Source: Naegleria gruberi (lineage: Eukaryota). Taken from it: DNA of 64,000 nucleotides. A program made the position numbers and the translations under genes. The first letter of the stretch is position 1, and every line of letters starts with the position of its first letter. Of this stretch, positions 10,585 to 20,171 are shown piece by piece. The DNA lies in assembly GCA_000004985.1 (NCBI GenBank), contig GG738897.1; one strand, given 5' to 3'. Below the pieces are notes generated by a model. That model did no database searches and was not told where the DNA came from. It saw only the letters and a program-made list of their open reading frames with translations.

Positions 10585-13500
10585 ATGAAAATGGAGGAGG
10601 AACAAGATGTTTCCTCCATGTCGCAACAACAATCGAGTGGTGCAAGAATAAGTGAAGAAGAAGTTATTATAGAAGGGGAAGAAGTGATGGTTCCGATGAC
10701 GTCCATGGAAGAAGAAAACAATACTCTTCTAATACCTAATTATGAACATTTCCCTTCCGATGATGATAGTGTGGAGAGGGAAAATTCTCATCGAGACATG
10801 ATAGACAATTTTAAAGATGGAATTGATATATCATCACCTGAAGATTATGAACATTCGAGTGGGATCATTTCAAAGCTTTTCTTTTCCTTCCTTGATCCAC
10901 TGATTAAGGTTGGTTATAAGAAGGGAGGCAGGAATGATAAACCCTTCGCTGGTATTGTTCAATTAATTAGAAAATTATTAATTTATTTGAAAATAAGGAA
11001 GGAAAATCAAGAGATTGAGGATAATTTTGAAGGATTGCAACACTCTGATATTCCCAAATTACCAAAACATATTCAGACCGATAATATTTATCCAATATTT
11101 GAAAAGAGTTTTAAACATGTCTATCTTAAAAAGAGGAGATACTATTCGGAGGCTGGAAATTTATGGAGTAGTAATGGAACTCTGTTAATTAGAGTTATAG
11201 AGAAGGTATTTAGGTGGAGAGGATTTTATTCTATTGCTCTTTGGAGGATTATTTCAATTATTGCGACATATATTGCACCATTAATTTTGTACATTTTGTT
11301 GGAAGCTATTAGAACTCATTCAAGTGAGGATTCTAATATTAATGTTAATAAGAATCAAACGGAACCAATTCAGAATTCAACACTACCTTTATACTTTATG
11401 GGAATTACTTATATGGAAAATTCCTCTTCAATTGTAAATGCCACATTAATTGAGTCATATCTGCCTCTGTCTAATATTTATTTCCAATTCTCATTGCTAT
11501 GCTTCCTCTTTATTTCTAGCTCTTTCTCATTTATATTTCAACAACACTACTTTTTTGGAAGTTGTAAAGTATGGTTGGGAGTTAAAAATTCTCTACAGGC
11601 ATCAATATTTCAAAAATTAACAAGAATAACTCCCTCAGCAAGAAGCAAGTTTGAAAGTGGAGAGTTGACCAATTTATTTTCTACGGATACTAACAGATTA
11701 GCTGGTGTGATTATTGAACTACACGATCTGTGGTTAACACCAATTATGATTATTGTTGGAATGACTCTAATTATTCTCTTCTTTGGATTTAGTGCAGTGG
11801 CTGGTATTTTAGCCATGATTGCTTTTGCTCCAGTTCTAGGAGTGCTTGCTAAACTATTGACAAAAATTGAAACTGAATTGTCCAAACACAAAGACGAAAG
11901 AATTAAGGTTATGAGTGAAATTTTGAACGGTATCAGAATTGTTAAATTCTTTGTTTTTGAAGACAAAATGAAGGAACGTGTCTATGATGCCAGAGCTAAG
12001 GAATATCAAGGTTTAAGAAAAGGAGCTCTCATAAGATGTTTCCAATTACTAACTTCAGCCACCACCTCAGTTGTTGGAAGTGGTGTTACCTTCATTTCTC
12101 ATTACTATATGGGTGGTGAATTAACCATGTCGAATATGTTCACTGGACTAGTACTTTTCGAAACTTTCAGAACTCCTCTTTTCAACTATCCTAATTATCT
12201 TTCAATGGCAGTAACTGCATACGTAAGTGCTAAGAGAATTGGTAATTTCCTCTTTGCTGATGAAATTACCTCACTGCCTCACGATCCAGAAAATAAGTCA
12301 AATCTCTTCAAAGCAGAAGAAAACAAAGACCTAAATGATAGTATCTCAAGTCCGCTAGTTGATTTTGCAATCAAGTTTAAGAATGCAACCATATCATGGG
12401 GTGAGCATTCAAGCCCAATTCTCAAGAATATTAACTTGACTCTCGAAAAAGGAAAACTCTATTGTTTGATTGGTAATACTGGTTCAGGTAAAAGTAGTTT
12501 ATTTTCCTCAATTTATGGTGATACAGTTATTGTCAATGGCTCCGTCTCTGTAAATCCATACTCCAAACTTACACTCAGTGATGAAAATCCTTGGATGATC
12601 AATGGAACTGTAAGAGAAAACATAATATTCGACAAATCTCTTGACTTTGATTCTGAAAAATATGAAAAGGTTTTGGATGTATGTCAGCTTCGTTCTGACT
12701 TGGCAGGTTTCCAAAATTATGACCAATCTGAAATTGGTTACTCTGGCATTAACCTCTCCCTAGGTCAAAAACATAGAATAGGTTTGGCCAGAGCTTGTTA
12801 CTCCAACTCGGATATTATCTTGATGGATTCCTCACTAAATTCAATCGATGCTCGTCTCTGTAAGAAAATATTCAGAGATTGCATTATGGATTACCTTAAG
12901 GATAGAACTAGAATACTCATTACACACTCACTGCAATTGTTGAAAATGGCTGATGAAGTTATTGTCTTGCAGCAAGGTGAGATTGTAGCCAAGGGTCCTC
13001 TCAAAGATATTATGGATTCATATGATTTTTCCAAGTTGATTACTGAAGACGATAACAATGAAAAAAGTGAAGAATCGTCTCCAGAAATTTCTGAAGAAAA
13101 ACCCAAATCAAAGACAACTGAGAAAGGATCTGAATCTAAAGGAAAGCTTGTCCTGAATGAAGAGAGAACCACTGGTAATATTTCATGGGGTATATTCTAT
13201 GATTATTTGAAAGAATATGGCATTTCATTAATCTTGTTGTGCATTTTCCTTTCTTTTGCATCACTTGGTACTAAATTACTGAGTCAGATGTGGATTTCCT
13301 TTATGAATATGAACACATTCCAAATGTCCATTGCCAATTATGTTTGGATTTATCTAGTGATTGGATGTCTTGATTCCCTCATTCTATTTATCAGAAGTGG
13401 TTTCTACTCGTATGGTTCTCTTAAAAGCTCACTCAAACTCCACAACAAAATGTTGGAAGGTGTTTTAAGGGCTCCAATTTTATTCTTCGATCAAAATCCT

Positions 13501-14943
13501 GTTGGACGTATTCTGAACAGATTTACACAAGATATCAATGCCACTGACAATGAAATGTTATTCACCATACCAGTGGCTATTAATATTATTCTAAACATTC
13601 TCCTGACCATCATTCTGATTTCTACAATCACTCCATTATTCCTTGTTGTAATTGTACCTATTGGATTGGTCTTTTATCTCATTCAGATTTATTATAGAGT
13701 TAGCTCGAGAGAAATTAGAAGATTAGAGTCAATTGCAAGAAGTCCAAGTTTATCACACTTCTCATCGTGTCTCCAAGGTATTAACACAATTAAGGCACTA
13801 CTAGTTCATGAACAAATATTCCATGATTGTAATAGAAAGATTGATTTTGCTACCAAACATTCACATTTCCGTTTTGCAATTAACAGATGGTTGGGTATTA
13901 GAATTCAAGTTTTAGCCCAAATTGTGGTTTTCTTTACAGCCTTGTTTGCCATTATTGCAAGACATACTACTACTTATATTGCACCATCTCTTTTAGCTCT
14001 TTCTATTACTTACTCACTTCAGTTGACTGATAATTTTACCTTCCTTATCAGATACTTTGTAGATTTAGAAAGCTCAATGACCAGTGTTGAACGTATTGTT
14101 CACTATTGTAATAATATTGATTCGGAAGCACCAACTGAACAGGAGGATGATCCTAGTCCAGAAGAATGGCCTTCAGAGGGTCGTATTGAAGCTACCAATT
14201 TCTCAGTAAGATACAGATCTGATTTGGATCCTGTATTGAAATCGATTAACTTTACTATTGATCCAGGAACAAAGGTAGGAATTGTTGGAAGAAGTGGCTC
14301 TGGAAAGAGTAGTTTGCTGATATCACTTTTTAGATTCCTTGAAGCAGATAGTGGAAATATCAAAATTGATGGTTATAACATTTCAGATATTGGATTGAAA
14401 AGATTGAGACAATCACTCTTGATTATTCCTCAACAACCAGTACTGTTCACTGGTACTATCAGATATAATTTGGACATTTTTAATGAATTTACAGATAAGG
14501 AAATATGGTCAGCTCTAGAACGTGTTCATTTGAAGAATAAGATTAGATCTATGGAAAAGAAATTGGATGAACCTGTAACAGAAAATGGAGGTAACTTTTC
14601 CATCGGTGAAAGACAACTAGTCTCGCTAGCCAGATGCATATTAAGAAAGGCCAAAATTATTATTTTCGATGAGAGTACTGCCTTTGTGGATCATCAAGCT
14701 GATGCTCTAGTTCAAAAAATTGTAAGAGAAGAATTTAAACATGCCACAATCATCACTGTAGCCCACAGACTTGACACAATTATTGATTCTGATAAAATCA
14801 TTGTCATGGAATTTGGTGAAATATTGGAGGTTGGATCTCCAAAGGAATTATTGAAACAAGAAGACAGTAACTTTTACAAGTTGGTTAAGGAAACTGGTAA
14901 AAATTATTCATCCTTCCTCAAACAACAAGCATTCAAAGAATAA
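10585..14943 (+). CDS. ABC transporter, subfamily C (MRP-like). Full transporter TMD1-NBD1-TMD2-NBD2. Single exon.
   Basis: First ATG at 10585; the track ORF starts at TTG 10579. Two Walker A motifs ('GNTGSGKSSL', 'GRSGSGKSSL'). Two ABC signatures ('LSLGQKHRIGLARA', 'FSIGERQLVSLARC'). Two Walker B/D-loop motifs ('ILMDSSLNSID', 'IIIFDESTAFVD'). Conserved ABCC N-terminal motif 'ISKLFFSFLDPLIKVGYKK'. Two blocks of 5-6 TM helices. Confidence 0.85.
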   Translation: MKMEEEQDVSSMSQQQSSGARISEEEVIIEGEEVMVPMTSMEEENNTLLIPNYEHFPSDDDSVERENSHRDMIDNFKDGIDISSPEDYEHSSGIISKLFFSFLDPLIKVGYKKGGRNDKPFAGIVQLIRKLLIYLKIRKENQEIEDNFEGLQHSDIPKLPKHIQTDNIYPIFEKSFKHVYLKKRRYYSEAGNLWSSNGTLLIRVIEKVFRWRGFYSIALWRIISIIATYIAPLILYILLEAIRTHSSEDSNINVNKNQTEPIQNSTLPLYFMGITYMENSSSIVNATLIESYLPLSNIYFQFSLLCFLFISSSFSFIFQQHYFFGSCKVWLGVKNSLQASIFQKLTRITPSARSKFESGELTNLFSTDTNRLAGVIIELHDLWLTPIMIIVGMTLIILFFGFSAVAGILAMIAFAPVLGVLAKLLTKIETELSKHKDERIKVMSEILNGIRIVKFFVFEDKMKERVYDARAKEYQGLRKGALIRCFQLLTSATTSVVGSGVTFISHYYMGGELTMSNMFTGLVLFETFRTPLFNYPNYLSMAVTAYVSAKRIGNFLFADEITSLPHDPENKSNLFKAEENKDLNDSISSPLVDFAIKFKNATISWGEHSSPILKNINLTLEKGKLYCLIGNTGSGKSSLFSSIYGDTVIVNGSVSVNPYSKLTLSDENPWMINGTVRENIIFDKSLDFDSEKYEKVLDVCQLRSDLAGFQNYDQSEIGYSGINLSLGQKHRIGLARACYSNSDIILMDSSLNSIDARLCKKIFRDCIMDYLKDRTRILITHSLQLLKMADEVIVLQQGEIVAKGPLKDIMDSYDFSKLITEDDNNEKSEESSPEISEEKPKSKTTEKGSESKGKLVLNEERTTGNISWGIFYDYLKEYGISLILLCIFLSFASLGTKLLSQMWISFMNMNTFQMSIANYVWIYLVIGCLDSLILFIRSGFYSYGSLKSSLKLHNKMLEGVLRAPILFFDQNPVGRILNRFTQDINATDNEMLFTIPVAINIILNILLTIILISTITPLFLVVIVPIGLVFYLIQIYYRVSSREIRRLESIARSPSLSHFSSCLQGINTIKALLVHEQIFHDCNRKIDFATKHSHFRFAINRWLGIRIQVLAQIVVFFTALFAIIARHTTTYIAPSLLALSITYSLQLTDNFTFLIRYFVDLESSMTSVERIVHYCNNIDSEAPTEQEDDPSPEEWPSEGRIEATNFSVRYRSDLDPVLKSINFTIDPGTKVGIVGRSGSGKSSLLISLFRFLEADSGNIKIDGYNISDIGLKRLRQSLLIIPQQPVLFTGTIRYNLDIFNEFTDKEIWSALERVHLKNKIRSMEKKLDEPVTENGGNFSIGERQLVSLARCILRKAKIIIFDESTAFVDHQADALVQKIVREEFKHATIITVAHRLDTIIDSDKIIVMEFGEILEVGSPKELLKQEDSNFYKLVKETGKNYSSFLKQQAFKE

Positions 14944-15030
14944 AATGTCATCTTTATTTAAAATATATTTTATTTATTATTATTTGAAAATAAGAGTACA
15001 AACAAGGAATATTTACAAGAATAGGGAATG

Positions 15031-17974
15031 CTAATGATAAATGTTTTTCTTAACATTCTTCTTCCTCTTCTTTTGGATCTTTCCAACTGAACCAGAACTA
15101 TAGGAGTCATCTGCCAATGTAGGACTGTTATCAGATGGGAAAGACCAAGGGGAAGGTGGACTGACACCCAAAAGAATATTTCCTGGAGAAGTCAAGTAGG
15201 AAACTTCTTCCTTTCCGTCAATATCGTTCATAGAGGAAAGTGAATTAGGCTTTCTAATCTTCTTTCTGCCCAATGAGGTAGGAACTGGAGGAGCTGAGTT
15301 TGGTGTTGGTGGAGGAGCAAGCTTTTTAGCGGATTGCTTTTGCTTATTCTTGTGTTTCTTCTTTTGCTTATTATTATAGGAAGAACTGGCAAAGTGAGAA
15401 TGGTAATAAGTGGAAAATGGAAGAGCATATTCTGATTGTTCATAAAATCCTGATCCTTCTTGTTGTCTGAAAAGTTTTCTGAGATCCTTCAGCTCTTGTT
15501 TAAGATCTGAGGAGAGATCCTTTTTGTAATTGTTGGTTTTTCTTACCTTTGACATGTTGTGAACTATAAAATAAGTGCATGTTTCCCTCAAATGCTTCAC
15601 ATCATATGAATCAGCAATGCTAAATATGGTGGAGGCATTTCCTGGGTGAATCTTCTTTTCAATAACACTTTGACACATTAGAGATAATCTTTCAAGTTGA
15701 TAGACTTCTGCAGCAACAAGAAGTTCTACTGAAATATCAAAGTTGATGGACACATTTCCACTATACAAATATTGAAGTACTAACTTGAAAACCTGAGGTC
15801 TAATGCCAGTAAGTTCAAATTCATCAATTTTGGTCATACCAATTGAATGTTGTTGTTGTGGTTTGTTGGAAAGCATCCTACGGAAGAATTTGGATCTAGA
15901 ATTGAGAATACATCTATGACAGGCAATCCTTTCTTTTTCAGCACCAACACTAAACAAAACGTCGCAATTAGATTGATCAGAATTAATAAAAGTAGTAGTA
16001 CTAAGAACAGTACTGAAAATATTACCACCATCTTGAGTTGAGACTGACATTGGAGAAGTGATTGAATAATTATCATCCTCATCTGATGAGTCATCATTCT
16101 CACTTTGAGATGCAGAGACATATTGACTAAAGTCAAAATGGGCCTTTGAGCTACTCGGAGGAGAATCGAGGCGATCTTGATCTTCATTCTTCTCCAATAA
16201 GAGGCTCTTTTCTGTAGATTCATAAAGTTTCTTCATGTCCGTATAGAGGGTTGGAGCAGGGATAGATGTGGTAAAATCTGAATCTAAATGTTTTGAGCAT
16301 AGAGCAAATAGTCTATCCAGTGAAAATGCAACTGCTAAGAAAATTAGCTCATAAATGCAACATCTTATATCTACATCAACTGGAATATCCTCTCCATCCA
16401 ACAAACCGACTCGGTCTGTATATAAATATTCAAGTAATCCTCTGAATCCGTAGCTCTTTACCTTTTCTGATTTTTGTTTTAATTCTTCATATTTCTCTGT
16501 TGCCTTGTGCTTTTTCTTTTTCATTAGAGCGTCTGCAGCATCACCTACGTTAACAATATCGTTAGATGATAGCCTCATACATTCTCTATATAAAAGAGGA
16601 GCACGGGCATATATTATTGGTCTGTGTGCATGGTAGAATTGGCCATTATATTCTAGAATAGTATCTGAATAATCTTCCGAGTCAATTAGAGAACTTAAAT
16701 CACTAGTTAGTGTGGATCTTCCACAATCAATTGGCTCAATCCCTCTTATTCCTGTTTCTAAAGTGTAGACATTATTGGATATTTGGGTACTGGAATCATT
16801 TTCTGCAAATTTTCCACCAATTATCCAAAGCTTGGTTCCAGCCATTTGAGCTGAATGACCAACAAGAGATGGTGGGGCAGGGGAGTTCTTATCTACATAG
16901 GGTTTTTCAATATCCCATCTAAAGTGTTCCAAATCTAAAACCATCAAATCATTAGAATGGGAGTGAGCATTAACCAAACCACCAAATACAATCATCTTGT
17001 TGGCAATAATATTGGCAGTGTGGTGGACTCTCTTCGCAGAGTCAGTTGTACCTTCAATTTTGATATGCTTCCAAGTGAGAGTATCAAGATCAAGACTGTA
17101 CAAATCATTGAACAAGTGTTGATCATTACCACCTCCGAAAATGTAAAGAGAATTATTGTAGTGGACACAAGTGTGACCATATCTTGGAGAAGGTTTAACA
17201 CCCTGAGTCTTTTCTCTAACCCAAGTGTTTGATTCCGTATCAATCACCATGAGATCATTGAAATAGTTAGTACCATCAGTACCACCGAATATATACATCT
17301 TGGTTCCATCAATAACATTGGTAGTGTGGCTGTTTGTCAATATTAATCAAGATAGCAGCACCAAGCATTCAAAGGAAAAATCGTTACGAAGGAAATGTGA
17401 AAAAGTAACCAATCAAAGGGTTAATTGTTGTTGTGTGAATAAATTGTTATTGTTGTAAACAAGTTTGTACTTACCCGTAGAGTGCAGGAAGAATATCTTG
17501 AGCAGAGTGTCTGGCTGAACACTTGACTTTCAACCACTCCATACTTTCGATATCGAATCTGTAGAGTGAGTTGCTTGCAGTACCTTTTTCTAATTGTCCA
17601 CCATAGATATACAGAGTACATTTAGAGACTTGGGTCATGGTATGTTGGGAAAGTTTTGGTAGTTTTGCATTAGGGAATAGTTCATAGTCGTTTCTGTTGA
17701 GTTTCTCTGGTTTAATAGTACGAATACCTGTTGGTTTGATTGCCTTCTTCCTTCTGAGAATTTTAATAACATCATTCAAGCAGTGATACTCTCCAGATTC
17801 CAAGTTGTACACTACAAAGGAGTTGCTAAAGTGTTGTCCTTCAGCTTTATCAGCCCCTCCATAGATGTACATGTATTGTTTGTTGATAATTACAGAGGAG
17901 TGAAAATACCTCTGCAATTGATTGTCATTGCAGCTTTTCCAAAAAGAACCTAATAATCTAGCAATCCATATCAT
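15031..17974 (-). CDS. Kelch-repeat protein with two BTB domains (LZTR1-like architecture). Two exons: 17974-17475 and 17329-15031.
   Basis: ATG at 17974. Repeated Kelch signatures ('YIYGG', 'LYIYGGQ', 'MYIFGGTDG', 'LYIFGGGND', 'IVFGGL', 'LWIIGGK'). Then two BTB-like segments ('SDTILEYNGQFYHAHRPIIYARAPLL', 'CDVLFSVGAEKERIACHRCILNSRSKFF'). Phase-consistent intron GTAAGT (17474) ... cAG (17330), 145 nt. Confidence 0.65.
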
Positions 17975-18288
17975 AGTTTAATTAATATATAAAGTATATA
18001 GATGAAATATAAATAATATAAAAATGTATAATAATAATACTATTAAAGTGTAAGTGTGATGATGAAGTGAAATTTATAGAAGCATATGGCTTGCGGTATT
18101 AGATAATTTAATATATAATTGTTATGATGATGATATGATAATAATAATATTAGGCTTTGCTACTCCAATCTAAAAAAACGTTAAAATCAATCCAATAATA
18201 AAAACAAAATATCCACAAAATAATACTAATAAACGAATGTTCTAGTGATGATAATTTGTTATAGTTGAAGTGATGATGAATGAAACGA

Positions 18289-18306
18289 TATTGTTGTTGT
18301 TGTTGG
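18289..18306. repeat. (TTG)6 microsatellite in the bidirectional intergenic region.
   Basis: Direct read: ttgttgttgttgttgttg. Confidence 0.8.
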
Positions 18307-18834
18307 GGGTATTTGTTATGATAGTGTTGTTGTACAACGGCAGCAAGGAGGACAAGAGAGGTGACGACGAGAAAAAATTTTTAATTACAACAACTTTAAA
18401 AATAGAACACAAGCGTTTTTGTAGGCAAAAAAGCAAACTGTAAAATTCAATTTAAGAGTTCTGGAAAAAAGTCCTCACTTTTGAAAATAAACTTTGTTGG
18501 GTGCAATTTGTGATCTGACATCCACCATAGAATAGAAGGCACAATAACACGAATCAAGCACTTGGTTGGTTCAAAAAATGTTTCAATCGTAGCATGTGGA
18601 TATTGAAGATTGCATGTGGATTTTAACTCATGAAGGTTGATTTAAATTGAAGAATTCACTTGCTAACTGAAAGGTGGTTCCATGGAGAGATGGCAATGTC
18701 AGTAACAATCTTAATTCGTGAAAATGTATCTGTGCTTTTATTTGTTGAATTCTTGTGAAAATTAGAACTGAAGAAAATCGTTCTAATTCTACTAGAAATT
18801 CGAACCGTTACATGTAATAAAACACAATTAAAAA

Positions 18835-19668
18835 ATGAAGAGAAAGGGAGTCATGACTATTGGTGATTTGCTGAAAGCCAAACACAATGATCAAAAGCCA
18901 GAGCTGTCAATCCAAGAACCAAACAAGAAGAAACAAAAGATTATTGGCCGAACTCTTGGATCATTGACAGAAGAATCAAAACTTGTAACAATTCAACCAA
19001 GCAACAGCAAAGACAAAACACAACATCAATATAAAACTGAAATGCTTATCAATGATGAAAATGGAGCCCAAGTTTCATTCATTTCGAATTTTGTCTCGAA
19101 ACCAGACTCGAAAGTACTCTTCAACAAGATTCTCTCCACTTGCACTTGGAAAACCAAAACTTATAATTATGGAGGGAAGGACGTGATATCACCTCGAGAA
19201 TTTTGTGGCATTTCTTCTCAGAGTGAATGGAGCAAAATACCAGAGCTTATCTCTCTCAAGGAACGAATTGAAAAGTTCACAAATCACACCTTCACTTATT
19301 GTTTCATTAACAAGTACAAGGATGGAAATGATTCAATATATTGGCATTCAGATAAAGAGAAGGGACTCAAGAAGGGATGTCCAATCGTATCGATTTCTCT
19401 TGGTAGGTAAATCAATTATTGGCTTACTTGACATTACTTGAATTATTCATTTTCAACAATAGGCCAAGAAAGGGATTTTCAATTTAGACCAAAAATATCT
19501 AAGAATTCCAAGCAACAGAAGGATGGAAACATCATTGAAAAGAACCTTCCCGATGGTTCAATGGTTGTTATGAATTATGAAACTCAAGAATACTATGAAC
19601 ACTCCTTACCAAAAAGAAGAAATATTCACAACATTCGTCTGAATCTCACATTTCGAAATTACGTATAA
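18835..19668 (+). CDS. AlkB-family 2OG-Fe(II) dioxygenase (ALKBH2/3-like DNA/RNA demethylase). Two exons: 18835-19402 and 19463-19668.
   Basis: ATG at 18835. HxD motif in 'IYWHSDKEKGL'. Second His in 'YYEHSLPKRR'. C-terminal Arg motif 'RLNLTFR'. Intron GTAGGT (19403) ... tAG (19462), 60 nt, phase-consistent. Confidence 0.7.
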
Positions 19669-20171
19669 ATTTTTTCTCTTGACCTCTCTCAACCCTTAAT
19701 AAATTACTTGACCGTAATGTTCTCTCTCGCTGAAGCATCTTTAACGCTCCGTAACGAACTCGCTTTTAGTGAGAAAATGTGCGAAGAATCAAGTACAAAT
19801 ATGTCTTTCTGTTTGCATTGGGAAAGTTTAAGCGCAACAACAGGAAGAGACCCGTTTTGAAATTCCTCACAGGATATCAATAATAGCAGACGCAATAAGC
19901 CAGCCTCGATTGAAAAATTCACTTTATGTGTGGTGATTTTTGCCCAGTATTTCAATAACATTGCCTCCAAGAAATAATCTACTTTGGTCGGCTATCGACT
20001 TTTTTGACCAAGCAGTTAATAAAGTCAACTATTGTTCTATGAGTGGTTCATCTCCAACAGAAAAAAAATTGAATAAGCCTCACTTCTCTTCATATTTATA
20101 CAAGTATATGGAACGAATATTGTTTCCCGAACAAGAATAACTATTAAATTATTGTAGTATTAAAATCAAAC

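Noticed and set aside
11610-14363. Minus-strand ORFs (11610..11966, 12508..12726, 12891..13172, 14103..14363) inside the ABCC gene.
   Set aside because: They are antisense to a strongly supported, motif-rich 1452-aa coding frame and have low-complexity composition. They are treated as chance ORFs in AT-rich antisense sequence.
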